A stretch of DNA of 59,099 nucleotides, filler included, from Dugesia japonica (Eukaryota), in assembly GCA_001938525.1 (NCBI GenBank). It is 5 parts of 5 records of this genome, joined end to end, with 100 filler letters (N's around TTAATTAATTAA, not from the genome) between each part and the next. Parts side by side here need not be neighbours in the genome. Positions count along the whole stretch, not along the records: positions 1 to 14,298 come from MQRL01339190.1; 4 more parts are not named here. One strand, written 5' to 3'. This document shows, in pieces, positions 1-14,238 of this stretch. A program made the position numbers and the translations under genes. Each line of letters starts with the position of its first letter. The first letter of the stretch is position 1. Under the pieces are notes generated by a model. That model worked only from the letters and a program-made list of their open reading frames with translations, had not been told where the DNA came from and searched no databases.

Positions 1-71
1 TTACATCACTAATCGGCGGGGGGGGGGTTCACTGAATGTGTGCAGAGGTTTACTGCCACTATCTATCTACT
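1..71. mobile_element. Right terminus of an AGTAG...CTACT-ended (Polinton-type) element
   Basis: G-run followed by ...CCACTATCTATCTACT. This is the same terminal motif as at 11696-11711 and 29839-29854. Confidence 0.5.
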
Positions 72-620
72 AATGGTTATCGTATGTAACGAGATAATAA
101 CTTTACAGAACATAACCCAATACAAAATATAAATTAATAATAATATTAATCGTAAGAATAAAACTCTTAGCAACATCTTAGTGATGTGTTTTATCTTATA
201 TCGGCAATAATCGCGGTGACAACTATAGTAAAGCAAACAATTGCAACAGATCAATTAATTGTGGATTTAAATATATTCATTCGTAACCGAGGTGTGAATA
301 TGGATTCAATGGTTAAATAAAGACTAATAGCATTAATTATGATTTATAGCGGTTGTTACTATTCCTACTATTGACATACATGAATGGTAACTGATAGAAT
401 TCTTAACGAATCATTCTAGGTGTGCGACACTATTCTCGTCACCATCAGAGTGTATGGAATATTTATCTAAAACCAGTTCAGTGGCATAAATTGTGATGAT
501 TTATTGAGTGATATTTTTTAGAGAAAGGCAACACTTTTACTGACAGAAATTTTACTGACAATTATGAAAGAGGTTACACACGCATGTCCAACAATGAGTA
601 TTAAATAATCAGCCAATTAT
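72..620 (-). pseudogene. Possible decayed multi-pass membrane protein (rhodopsin-like GPCR?)
   Basis: Hydrophobic segments in shifting minus-strand frames, interrupted by stops: YLILIVGHACVTSFIIVSKISVSKSVAFL, IIINAISLYLTIESIF, SVAIVCFTIVVTAII, LLRVLFLRLILLLIYILYWV. Confidence 0.25.
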
Positions 621-1899
621 TGCTGGAATTTTACTATAATGTGAAAAATGATTTATCGATTATACGAATCACAAAATCTTGGAAAGTTAACCATTTTATT
701 TTGTTAAACACAATTACATTATAAAAATTAACAATATTTACTTTCTTTTCCACAAAATTAATTCTGCAACGATTTATTAACTAATTCCAATTTATTTATA
801 CACAAAGGTTTCTTTAAATCGCCGGATTTCGCAAATAAATATTTTATCGAAGATGATTATAAGCTAGCTAAACTAGTAGTGATAACCAAATTTTTTCTTA
901 TACAGTTTTCTTAGCACACCCCAACTCTCTCCACACTGGGTAACCATTTTAAGATTCTCTATTAACCTTCTTATTGGTCTTGTCTGATTTTCAGAGTTTT
1001 TTTATTTTTTCCTTGTCTTTTATTGGTGCCTATTTTTAGGACATCATGTGATTCTAATTTCTTTGTTTCTTGTGTTTTCTAAGGTCCCCAATTGGCACAA
1101 TCTATATAGCCTTTTTACCTACTCTTCTAATGATATTCCTTTTTCTCTGTTGGTTAAATAGAATTCCTTGTGCCCTCCTAGATCCAAATTTTCTTTCCTT
1201 TTCTTCCTCCGATTTTCCTGTGAAAGTTTTAACATTTATTCACATTTTTGTTAAATTAATTTTCTTTATTACCAATTAATTAATTTTTTGGTTTATTTTC
1301 TAATATTATTCTTTACGATATTTAAATGATGGGATTATTCCCTGCTTATTCTTAATTGTGGTCGGCCCCTTAATAACTTCCACAATATCTTTGAATAGTT
1401 TCTTGTTACTTTCTTGCATTTCTTTCGGATCCTTTTTATTCTCTTAATTATTTTCTTCTAGAATTAAATTGTAAAATTTTGTTGGCTGGCCTCCTTTTTA
1501 ATATGGTTTAATACTTTGAATTGTTTATTTTCGTGGGTTGATATTTCACCCCAACAAATAAATAATATCCTCACAATACCTATAAACATTTATTTGCATA
1601 TCCTCTTCCTACATGACAAAGTAGTATTTATATCAAAAGTAACATTTCAAATATTAGTAAAATTAATCATTATTCAACTTCTGGGTGACTTGCATCTAGC
1701 GATTAAATATAAATTGATTTAAGTTTGTAATCATTACGTAATATTTTTTTATGAAAATTAATAAAATCTGACAGACAGAAAAAATTTAAATAATTAAAAA
1801 ATTAATATTATGTAATTTTTTAACAATAAATTTAATATTTATTAAGTAACACATTTTTTTACATTTTAATGTTATGAAGTTGTGTATCATTTGGATTTT

Positions 1900-1985
1900 C
1901 GGTGTGACGTCATACTTATCAAACCCCGTCAATTCTTGTCACATCTCTATACCGCCCTAAGTGTGTGATATCATTTATGGATTTA
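1900..1985. mobile_element. Harbinger-like MITE end remnant
   Basis: GTGTGACGTCAT...CCCTAAGTGTGTGATATCATTTATGGA resembles subterminal motifs of PIF/Harbinger MITEs. Confidence 0.3.
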
Positions 1986-4358
1986 AGGTTTTTTAAAATG
2001 ATTTTAATTGTTTTTATAAAACTTCATTGGGTTTTAATACGACTTATAAGAGTTTTATAAAGTTTTTATAGAGCTTGATAGGATTTTATTTTCGAATAAA
2101 GGGAAAAAGCACTCTATTCAATATGGCAATACTCGCTTTACACCTTTATCACTGGAAGATGTTTCTGAGTAAAAGGAAACATGAAATGATCACAATCAAC
2201 CAAATTCAAGAATATCGAAGTAGATAACTCTCACAAAATATATAAAGTTTTATAACATATATAGAAAAAAAATATAAGAAAATAGATAGAATTAAGTTTA
2301 TGGATGCTCGACTGCGTTCCTACCTAGAAAAAACAGCTGTATCCAATATAAAAATGTAAAGTCGCGGAGTTCCTGAAAGGTATGTTATGTTATTTAATGA
2401 AAACTTCGTATTTATATTAAATTCATAATTTAATATTAATTAGTAAGATATCAAAAAAGATATATGATGATTTGAAATATGAATACTTTAGGCAATCCAA
2501 AAAATTCAATTTTTAAATGTGGTGAATACACCAATGTCGTGTTTTAAACATTCATGAAACTATTGCATTAAATACAAATTAATGGACTACGCCTGACATA
2601 ACCCTATGAATATCTATTACATAATAAGTAATTGACAAAATAACAAAAATTCCAAAAACCAATAATTATTAATTATAAAACATATAATTATAAAACTATT
2701 TCGCAGTTTCTATATTATACCTATTTTTAACGTAGAATAAATTTCTGATTGGCAATCCTTCATTATATCGTTCAGCATTTGTCTAACATTAAAAAGAACA
2801 TAATATACGGATAATAAAATAGATTTTACTTGTAATACTGAGAATTATTCCAGATTTTTCTCGTCTTTTAAAAATAATTATAATAAATCATAAAAACTAT
2901 AAATATATTTGAAAATAATTACTATTTAAATGCTTTCAATATTCAAATAATTACCAAAAGAAATATTCAAAACAATCATCGAACTCTCATTTAAGAGTAT
3001 GATGGTAAATAAAAATAAGTAGGTAGCGCATCACTAAACCACAGCTGGTCGATATAACTTAAATTAATCAATTGATTAACCGACATATTTTCATCTGATT
3101 AATCAACCAGGACCAATTTTGAATGACCGACTCACGTGTAGCCATTTATCTGATGAATTCACTAGTAGAAACTTAACTTATACTTCTTATTTTTATTATT
3201 TAAATTGTTTCTGACATATTATTTTCAATGGTAGCCAGAGCTTCACTGTGGTATGTTTGACCGACATCTATAGCCTGGTAGTAATATGTTTAAACGGTAG
3301 TTATTATTGTTATATACAGCTTCACTGAAAGCATCTTTGATAGGCGATCACAACTATGCTGTGGTAAGGTTAGAATGGACAAATAATCTTTTTTGCAACA
3401 ATTATTTTTAAAAATCAAAACGCAAACTGATATAGCAACATCACATTAAAAATAATTGCGATAACGTACAAGTAAATTTCGATTTTACGTCACCCTTATT
3501 TTGAATATAAATAAAATATGAAAATTCCAGTTCGATTTTACATGAAAAAATAAAACGAACAACTCTTAACATAAGATGAGTTGATTATATTGTGATAAAA
3601 TGTCAAACTGTCGCAAATATACATGTTTAAAAAAAATCTATTAGTTTATATAAATTATATTCTAAAACAAATCAATTAAGTCAGTCTATCAAATAAACCA
3701 ATTCAATATATACATGCTGAAAAGTCAGCTAAGTATTCAGTCATCTTTAGTGAGTCAAAGTGAAGAGCAGAAGAAGATATAGTAAGATGATGCGCTGAGA
3801 TGGTGGCTGAAACGAGTGGATGTGCTGAACCGTGTGCAGGATTATGCAACAAGATGATTTTGCAAGACAATATGTTATGAATGACCGTGTTCAAATAACG
3901 TAAAGTATGATGTTTGAATGGTTCGTCTGTTTTTCTGGCCATAACAATTTTACAGTTTCTTTAATTATGTGCAAAATAATTATTTATAAATAAAAAAATT
4001 ATCAACAGGATTATGCGTCATCCTTTACTTTTTAATTTACGTAAAATCAAAATTCACTTGTAATGCAAAAAATTTGAAATTGGGAAACTATTTAGATGTA
4101 GAAAAATAACACTTGCTTTTATTTAAGAAAATTATATAATTATTTTCTTCATATTATGTAATTATTTCTTATTAATGACACATAAAAATCCTTTAATTAG
4201 AGTGAAATTGAAAGGTATTTATTTATTATCAATAATTTACCTTTTCACTTGAAATATATTTCTTTATTATATCAATCATTTTGATTTTATTCAGAAAACC
4301 ACTTTTGTTTAAAATTTCAGGATCCTAATTAAAACAAATTAATTTTATAAATTTTCAT

Positions 4359-4960
4359 TAATAGGTAGATGCTAATGTACTGAGCTACCTCAACCTGCTA
4401 AAAAGAGTCTAATAATTTAGAAATTTTCAATTTGATGGATCCACTCATTTTTGAAGAAAAAATTGATATCGACTTTGATTGATTGAAAATACGCACGGAA
4501 GTTTTGATTATTAGTATTTAATTTTCTCTGCCTAAAAATAAAATATGGCTTCGAATTTGAGAACGTTCGACTGAAAATTAAAATTTGACTATATATATTG
4601 TCTAAAGGACAACTATCAAAAAACGCTTCCTTACTAAAAAATGTACTTAAAAAAGTTAATATCCTATCACAAAATGGCTTGTAAATTTTTCAATTTAATA
4701 CATTTCTGTAAAAACAATTGAATTTGGTATTATTGAATGCCTAATTATGGCTTAGTTATAATTTTTAGTCAGATTCAAGGTAAAAAAAAATATTAAAGAT
4801 TATAAAAAACAAAATATAGTGGTAATTTTCAAAAATATACCATTCAATTTACAATGTAAAAATTGACTATAGATTGCCTTAAGGATTACAATCGAGAAAT
4901 ACTGTTTTCTAATCGTTAAAGTACAGAAGGATATGCTAGTCCGCTAGCATCTACCTATTG
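4359..4960. mobile_element. ~600-bp MITE with terminal inverted repeats
   Basis: AATAGGTAGATGCTA at 4360-4374 is the reverse complement of TAGCATCTACCTATT at 4945-4959. CAT flanks both sides (possible 3-bp TSD). No ORF. Confidence 0.6.
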
Positions 4961-5049
4961 CATTAGAATTTACTTTCAATCCATCTTCTAATTTAATGCC
5001 AGGAAACGATATTTCATCTGAAACTATTTGAAAAAATTTATTAAATTTC

Positions 5050-6893
5050 AATAGATAGCTATTCTATATGTAACTAAGTCAGCACTGGCCCATCTACCCA
5101 TCGTCAGTTAATCAGATTTAGCCCATTACGCAATAAATACATGTAGCCTATAATTTTATGCACTTCATTAAGTAATAGGTATGTGTCGATGGCGTAAGAA
5201 ATATAATATTATATAAATAACTACGTAATTAATACTCGATCATACTTAAATTTATACTTAAATTTACCGATTTTATCGATTATATGGACGGAAAATAATT
5301 TTTTATCAAATTAAAATATTTTAATGTTTTTAACTTAAGTGAAATTTGTGATGTTATCATCTTACCAATCATTCAATCCGAAATTTTACACTGGTCAAGA
5401 ATATTCTTGTTAAAAATCAATACTTTACACACAACAAATAAAATGGAAAAAATATATTAGAATAATGAAATGTTTAAGTGAATTTCACGACAATAATATT
5501 ATTTGCCCACTGACCAATTTTTACATTAGCTATTGAATATTAATATTAACATTAGAAATATATATTTATAAGCTCCTCTGATAATATAATAATAATAATT
5601 AAAATAATAATAATACTCAATAATGAATCATAATAATCATAATATTTATTCACATCATATATAATATCTAAAATTTATTTTAAATGCTATATATTTTAAT
5701 GAGAAATTTAAATGGATTGATGTAAAATAATATGATAAATTAAATCATTATGAAAACTTTATAATTATATGAATTTATTGATTGTTTAATTTTCAAACTA
5801 GTTCTAATGATTTATTGTGAATTTAAAGTTAAAAATTAGTTTAATAATTAAATTTTGATAATTTTTATATGTAGTTTAGATAAAAACAATATAAACTTAA
5901 CTAAATAAACTGTCAAATTTAAATGGTTTTTATGAAAGTTATGATAAATGCAAATGGTATTTAGCAAATAATATAAAATTATTTTGAAAACAGGTTATAA
6001 TATAATGATTTATTTTGATTTAACTTTATAAGTTAAATGTTATAACTATTTTATTTAAATTTCATGTAATAATTTTTAAACTTGTAAATTTCAGTAAAAT
6101 TGTAATAATTTAAATGATTTAATAGTCAATAATTATATGTAACAATACTTTTAAAATTACTTGAAATTTAAATTAAATTGTGTTAATTTAAAACTTAAAT
6201 ACTTCATAAGACATCATTATTTAATTTTGACATGTAATAAATACGACTCTGATTGAATTAAGTCAATGAATTTATTTGTTATTTGAAATTATTTCAGATT
6301 CACATGAAGAAACCACTCAAATCCTGCAATAATTACACGCAAAGATTTTAATCAAAATTATTTTCATTATATTTTGAACAAATACTTTTATTATGATTAG
6401 TATTTTATATTATCATGTAGCAGCTAATGTTAAAATTGCCGTGTGGAACTTCACTTAAATGTATTTGTTTATTTTAATATTTTTTTCTATTTTATTTGTT
6501 GTGTATAAAGTTTATTTATTTCTAATTATAATATTTTTGATCAGTGTAAAACTACGCTTTGGATGATGGGAAACATGAATAAAATCTTAACAAAAAAGCA
6601 TGAAAATATTTTAAAAATTCTATGTCCGTCAAAGAAATAAAAAATCTGTAAATTTAAACGAAATATCATGAAAATCGGTTAATTTAATCAAAAATTATTA
6701 AAATCACTTAATTTAAACAAAGAATTAAATTCACTAGTGATTGTGTAATTAATGTATAATAGTATACTTATTGCACCATTGATACTCATCTTTTGCGTTA
6801 CAAAATCGTTAAATTTATAGGCTTCTCTGTATTTATTTCGTAATCGGCTAAACTCAATCTGACGATGGTGCAGTTCAGACTTATATCTCTACT
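5050..6893. mobile_element. ~1.8-kb non-autonomous element with long degenerate TIRs, right end ...TATCTCTACT
   Basis: CCATCGTCAG..TTTAGCCCATTACGCAATAAATACA..AGCCTATAA (~5097-5153) is inverted at ~6810-6868. The interior is extremely AT-rich and non-coding. Confidence 0.55.
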
Positions 6894-6919
6894 CATATAA
6901 AAATAAATATTAAAGCGAA

Positions 6920-8100
6920 AATTAATTACTATTCATGTTTTCCAAAAATATATTGTTAATAAATTTAATAATTTCTTCATTTACAATGTTTAAAATATTT
7001 TCATATTCCTGATTTCTAATCGATTTTAGCTTCGAATTGACATTTTTATACAATTGTTGAAATTTACTATCAGAAATATTTTTGAAATTCACATCAAGAA
7101 TAATTGGCCTAACAATGAATCAATAAAAATTATATATTTAATTTTATTTATACTCAGCGAGATGTGAAATAAATTTCTTAAACAATAATATTATTTCATT
7201 GACAGTCTTCCGATATTTAAGGTTTGATAATAACGTGTCAAGTGAATTAAAAAAATCCAAATTTTTTATCCAATCTTCTTTCATCTTATGCTTACTTTCT
7301 AACAATTTGAACTTTTCAAGGGGGCTTGTTTGAATATAAATTTTTACATGAACAAGTTTTGTTTGACAATAATTAATTATCTCTCTATTAATTTTATTAT
7401 TATCATTATCTAAACATAAAATAAATTTTCAATGAAAATATGATGTTCATTACCTGATTTGTAGTCTATAATAACAGCAATTTTATCATAATCCTCACAT
7501 TCTTTCAATAATTTCTCATTAGTAATATCAAAATAACTATAATAAATAATTTGCATTTCCTCTTTAATGATTGGATGAATTTCATAATCCAAATATATTT
7601 CTATTGAAATATTTTCGATTATTTTCAATTCGGAAATCAAATTTGATAAATTATTTAATTCTTGTATATTCATCATGTATTTCTAGCATTGTTTCAATAA
7701 AATAAATATAGAAAATTATCAATTAAAACCTTATTTTGGAAAACAAAATATTCGCAATTGGTTTTAATAAAATAACATTTTATCGAAAATTTTTCTATTA
7801 AATTTACGAAAGCAGGAATATTTCGCCCAACCAAATCACGTAAGATATCAGAACTATTAGTTAATTGACTGAAACAATATCAAAATAAAAATTAAAAAAA
7901 ATAATTTTACTTTCCGAATATTACATAGTTTGATCCATAAATTTTATCCAATGATATTGATCTGATATTTCTAGTGAATTGGAATACTTCCTCCTTCAAT
8001 TCCTTTGATGTAACAGCTAATTTAATATTTCAATAAATAATTTTTTCAAAATTATTTATTAACATTTTGAGATGAAATGAATAATTTTTTCAAAGTTTTC
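6920..8100 (-). pseudogene. Uncharacterised multi-exon gene or pseudogene, possible F-box-like N-terminus
   Basis: Successive open segments: LFIENIKLAVTSKELKEEVFQFTRNIRS, ORF 7410-7676, QTKLVHVKIYIQTSPLEKF..., IVRPIILDVNFKNISDSKFQQLY.... No firm family motif. Confidence 0.3.
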
Positions 8101-8539
8101 TATTGATTTTTGTAACTTGCTAAAATAAAAATTATTCTGAAAATTTATTATATAATTCAAAATTTTGATAAGCACTTGATTCTTAATAGAATCAAGTAAC
8201 TTGATTCATAATAGAATTCAACAAAATAAGTTATTACACAGTTTAATGAGAAAAAATAAATTTATATTGATACATTTAAAATAATTTTACTAATTTAATA
8301 AATGTGTATTAAATAATAAAACTGATGAAATTTTTTTTGTGATTCAATATAAACTGATAAAAAAAGGTTAAAAAGATAAGCATAGAATAAAAAAATTAAT
8401 AATAAAAATTTTTTATATTTTTTATTGATTTATTTTAAGGGATGATTGTTAGGCGCATGTTAAAATTATCTCAATGACTGAATTATTTTAGAAATGTTGA
8501 AATTAGAGATGATTAATATAATTATTTGCAAAAGAATTA

Positions 8540-9026
8540 ATTATTTGTCAAGTAGAAAAATGTCATTTCCGACATTTATTATTATTTGAATTCAACAGAG
8601 GTGTTAATGCATCGAAATTCGCTGAATCAATTTATGCAATGGGTTCTTGATTTCAAATAGTGATATGTTGATATACTATATTTAACGTACTAGAAGTCTT
8701 TATTCACGCTAACAACTCGGAATTGGTTATTATGATACACCATCAATCAACTATAGTGCGAACTTTTAAAATCATGGGTAAAGATCTTTTTTGAATTGTT
8801 GTTGGTGATGAAAAAATATACTTTCATGATGATGCCAATAAAAGAAATGAATAGCTTAGTTGTTATGAAGAACAACTTCTCATTTTGCATCCAATTTCCT
8901 CTCCGATTAAAAATTACTTTAACTTTTATACTTCCAAACCAAAGGATATTTTAGCCATGGAATAGAAAGGTTTTCAATTTTTTTGGAAAGAATTGTAAAT
9001 AATGAAAGGGGATATTTTTTGATTAG
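8540..9026 (+). mobile_element. Internally deleted mariner transposase remnant
   Basis: HFRHLLLFEFNRGVNA (mariner N-terminal HTH), IVVGDEK (cf. IVTGDEKW) and a C-terminal FSHGIER..WERIVNNE-like segment, with frameshifts. Confidence 0.75.
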
Positions 9027-9229
9027 TATTTGTACTTTTTTGTTAAAAATCAATACATTTTATTATTATTATTTTAATAAAGAATGAAAAAGTAAATAAC
9101 CGTTTAATTTTTTCATTGCTTTCAACAAATGGTGATACATATGAAGACTTTATTTTCTAAAACATTAATTATTATTAATATTAAATCAATACATGTATAT
9201 AATTCTTCAAGTATTAATATTTTTTTAAT

Positions 9230-10330
9230 ACGAACGAATCTTGCACCTTACATGTAGTGCTTGAAATGCATGCAAAAATAATACACAGCCAAGAACGTCT
9301 TACATGTGATACAGTATATTTTTTAATGACATGTCATTGATTTCAATCTATACTCAACAACGTTTTCTCTTCATTCGTTATTTCATTGTAACATACTGTT
9401 TAGATCGTATCGAAACTGACGTATATACAATTTCCAATTACAAATTCGTTAGCAACTTTGTAATTTTTTGAAACATGTAAGTTTGTTAAATGAACCAATA
9501 ACTTATATTTTAGACGATTCAGTTCAAACACCATATCTGCGCCATACTATAGCGTCATTAATTCTGCCTTTTGTAATATTCTCTAAAACATTGACTTTTT
9601 AATATTGTATTTAATTATCTGAAACATATACATAATTTTAAGAGTATTTAAGGCTCTCATTATTAAATGTCTCTAAATTTTCCTTTGACATTACAAATAT
9701 AATTTTCAACTTTTTATTTGTTTTATTGTAACTTTTTCATAAAAACTAGTAAATAAATTTTTTCTGCATAATTTCTCATCCAATCAAATCTGCTGTCAGT
9801 CTGCAACTAAGAAAATAACTTCTGTACAATTGATCAATTGTCCCTTCATTTCTAACTATCACAATAATTTCAAGTGTGGAATCATTTGCACACCGCCATC
9901 TTTCGTTGCTAACATTTAGGTGTTGTTCTCGAAATTTACAAAAAACATCTAAACTCATGTTTTATTCGGGTTTCACTATCTAAAACACATTCAGCTTTAT
10001 TCCCTTGAATTGATACGGTAACACTTGGTCTCACTTCACTTGATAGTACGAAAATTTCATTTTCAGTTCAACTTCAATTCACCCAATAAATTTTATTATT
10101 TCCAAACATTCACTTTACTAAAAACCTGTATAATCTCTTTGAATATTTTCCCATATTATGGCACTATTCGACCCCAATATGGAAAATCAATCAATATATT
10201 TGTAAATGAGTAGAACCATGTTGTTTTGGTACTATCGTTTGAAACCACTTTTTTATATGAAACCGATCACTTAAGTAGATGGATATGGTCTTAATGGATC
10301 AGAATTGGACGCATCATGAAAGGTATGAAT
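9230..10330 (-). mobile_element. Heavily deleted Ty3/Gypsy remnant (gag start, protease, RNase H)
   Basis: SDPLRPYP (cf. TDLLRPRP at ~46100), MSLDVF...RCANDSTL (cf. protease 47237-47590) and YCITCKTFLAVYYFCMHFKHY (RNase H). Confidence 0.7.
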
Positions 10331-10652
10331 TTTCAAAACTTTGGCGATAATTTTAACATCTTAAAGAAAACAATTAATTTTAATATTGAAACCATGGAAA
10401 ATTAGCACTACATTTGTTTTTTTAAATGAATGAATTTTCACAACTTAATGTAATCAGTGAAATTTCAAACCCTTGGCATGAACTTTTACACTACAATATT
10501 TTAACCAAGTCCACTAAAAAAATAATCATGTAAAATATCACACTTGAATCATGACTGAGAAAATTTGAAATTTCGGTAATCATTATTTCGGACAGATGTA
10601 AACGTGCAGGTATTTCCATGTTATTGTTGAATGTGTAACGAAGTGACGGGTC

Positions 10653-11711
10653 AGTAGATAGATAGTAACGCATTTAAACACCCCCTCCCCCACTCAAAGT
10701 AGAAAATTTTCGAGGTCAAAGTGTTAACGTATACTTGATTCTTATTGGTGGGAGATTTTTTCAAGGTCAAACTATCTACGTATACTCGATTCGGATTGCA
10801 GGAATATTTCAATGTCAAAGTGGCTCATTTTACTCAATTCTGAGTTGCCGAAATTTTCAAGGTCATAATATTTCAAGCATAAATGTAATTAGGTCAAGGT
10901 TATTTCCATGACAACTATCATCCGGGCAGACTTCATATTTAATTTCTTTGCGCAGATTTAATATTTAAATTTCCCGCGCAGACATAATATTTTTTGTTTA
11001 AATTAATTGATTTGTGTGATTTGTTTAAATTTACTGAATTCAGTAATTTAACTTAATGATTATAAATAAACACATTTACATGTAACTTATTTTGTTATTT
11101 AAACTAATTAACTTGTATTATTAAAATCTAATTTACAATTAAGATCCAGATTTAAACAACTGTTCATAATGACTGTGATTATCTGTTTTATCAACAATAA
11201 ATTTTATGTTTTGATTAGTCTTTTCATTTGTCTTTTATATATTATTAATAATATTGTCTGAGAAGCATGTAATCTTAATATTGCTAGGAACGATTAATAT
11301 TGATGTTAATATTGGTCGAGGGAAAATCACTTCAAAATTTGAAAACTTAAACAATATAAGTTTTCCCATACATTTTCTTTGAAAAATCCTTAAAAATCAT
11401 TAAATCACTTAATTTAAATAAAAATCTCAAAAATCAGTAAATTGCCATGGAAATAACCTTGACCTAATTACATTTAACCTTGACCTACATTTACTCGATG
11501 GTTGAAATAGTAAACCAATCAGAATAGAGTATAATGAGATACTTTGACCTTGAAAAAATGTCCCACTGATCAGAATCAAGTATACGTAAACAATTTGACC
11601 TTGAAAAAATGTCCTACTGATCAGAATCAAGTATACGTAAGCACTTTGACGTTGAAAATTTTTCTATCTTGGAGGGAAGCGGGTGTTTACATGCGCTACT
11701 ATCTATCTACT
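10653..11711. mobile_element. 1059-bp non-autonomous element with ~260-bp TIRs, AGTAGATAGATAG...CTATCTATCTACT termini (mini-Polinton-like)
   Basis: 10653-~10915 is the reverse complement of ~11442-11711. The TIRs contain ~51-bp subrepeats. Flanks CGGGTC / CGGATT resemble a decayed 6-bp TSD. Confidence 0.75.
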
Positions 11712-14238
11712 CGGATTTCATTGTGTATACGTATGTTTATACAAGTGGGACGGTAAAATATGTATTAAAGATGTCAAAATGAATACTCGACCAGCCTCCT
11801 TTTTAAACCTTAAGTCCTAATTTTAGTTGTATTCTACTCAGAAAAAAACTGTTTATACATTGTCTAAAACAATTTTGTCGTAAAATATTTTGTCATCTTG
11901 AATATTTAGCACGGGATCACATAATGATAGTTGTTAAAATTATAATGAAATATTAATTTATACTGTAACATGTTAGCCCCATTAGAATCAGCATAAAAAA
12001 CTGCATATACATTGTTTCATCGAAAATGATATATTCAAAAATGACCTCCCACCGAAGATCTTATAAAGAATTTGGTTTTCAGATTTTAGTTTAAAAAATT
12101 AAAATGTAAAATAGAATTATCTAATGAATTTTTATCAAAAAATGTTTCCTTCATCAAGGTGGTGGTTAAAGATACATATCAATTAAATAGGTCAAAGTCC
12201 ACTTATAAAAATGTTTTCATCAATAACATAATGTATATTAGGATCGTAATAAAATGTTGAAATCGAAAGTATTATTTAAATTTAAAAATATACATTTTAA
12301 AAACATGTACCATTTTATAGAGAATAAAAAGTAGACTACAATAAATTTAGTAGAATACCTTCACACAAGTGTTTTCTAACAATGTTATCGATAAAATAAA
12401 AAAATAAACTGTTCAAAAATACTAGAAATAAGTACGTAATACACACTAATATGTGTCGCTGTGTAAAACATGATAATTCGGTAATCTTTTCGAAAATATG
12501 AAGAACAGTTAAGTAATACATATCAATGTGCCTTTGGGTATTTGCATTGGAAAAGTTGTATTCAATTCGATTAGTTTTTCTTCCCCTTTGTTTCTATCAT
12601 TTCTTAATCACCTATTTCATCAAACTAATCCATATAACAACCAACAAAATCATGAATGTATCAATAAAACAAAGAGAAATCTTACTAATTTATAGTTCTT
12701 TATAGCCTCCAAAATCGTATTTTCATTCTAAATAATAATTAAAACTTATTACTAAATTTCAATAAAATAAAAAGTAATCGATTTCTAATAATAAATGGTT
12801 ATTTATTAAAAAAAACGTTTAAATCCTAAATTTAAGATAAATAATTATTTAACTTAATTTAATGAAATCTAAGCTTTCCGTCTACTTGTTTTGTGTAGCA
12901 TAGTAATCTTATAGAAAATATAAATTTTTATGTCAATTGTTTCTAAATTTAAAGTAAAATTAAAAATTTTTATCAAAGTAAAATTTGGAAAAAATAAAAA
13001 AATTGTTTTGACTTAAGCTTTCAGATGTTAATATCAAATAATAATTGTCCTAAATATAATAATGGATACAAAAAATTACTTAACTTGAATCTTTTAAATG
13101 AAACAAAATATTAGACACTGTATGTAGGTGGATAGCAGCGCATTGAAACACCTCTTTCTTCCAAAGTCCCTTCTCACAAACAAAGTGGTTTAGAAATTTA
13201 GTGGTTTGAATTTTGATCTGGTGCAGTATAATCGTTTCTGATTAGACAAAAGTTTATATTGACTTTCCCTGTCGGATGGTATTGCACAAGTATTACAATA
13301 GTATCGTCATATTCGGAATGATGTGACGTATTTCATAGTACAATCATCAGTTCAATGAAGAGTGAAAGCAAAAATGAATATATAAATGAATATAAATGGA
13401 AAACTTGCTCCACCCAGTATTTTGATTGGATCAACTTGAGATTGAACCATTCGACTGGATATTAGAAACTTCCTATGTATTACCTAAATGACTATACAAT
13501 GTTTTGTTCTCGAGATAACGGGTTTAATGCCCCGCAACACTTTAATGATAATCGTTTTACAATTAAAATTATTAGTAGAATAATTGTTGGACTTAACCAT
13601 TGGTCGCATTTTAAATTTCATTAAAATTTTTATAAAATACTGATAATANNNNNNTATATATATATATATATATATATAATCTAATATTAATTTTTACAAA
13701 TATTTAATAGCACCATTGGAATCTGCTTAAACAATTAACAATACATTGTTTTATCGAAAATTGGTTTCCTAATATACCAAACCCCTTTCGCCAATGAGGT
13801 AATTTAGAAATTTGGTTTTTATATTTAGAAAGAAAATAAAAAAAGTACAATAGGAACAGACCCGTACAAAATTTATGAAAATGGCTACTTCTAATTGAAA
13901 AAGGTGGATAAATGTACAAATCAATTTTATAATTTGAAGTCCATTTAAAATCGAATTTTCTGTTCATAACCTATATAAAAACTTCGATTACAATGTTTTT
14001 TGGTTTTTAATCTTAAAAATTTAATTATCAATATCAAAGAAACCAAAATAAAAATGTGATCGAAGCTTTTATTTAAATGAATATCAAAGTAGGTTTTCGA
14101 TATCCTTGCCACTTTACATAATATTGTTTATTCTTACCGCTTTCTCTTGATTTTATAATTTTTTTATTCTATATATATAGGAAGTGAAATAACTTTAAAT
14201 TCTTGCTAATAAAAATTTTTTGCTAAAATAAAAAAAGT

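Noticed and set aside
3148-3180. CTGATGA...GAAAC hammerhead-like spacing
   Set aside because: There is no convincing helix I or helix III pairing.
3703-3942. 79-aa minus-strand ORF in a GC-richer island
   Set aside because: It has no recognisable motif or splice structure and cannot be supported as a gene.
11427-11756. ORFs with the repeated LTLKKCPTDQNQVYV peptide
   Set aside because: This is a by-product of the 51-bp subrepeat in the TIR. The mirrored arm is not open.
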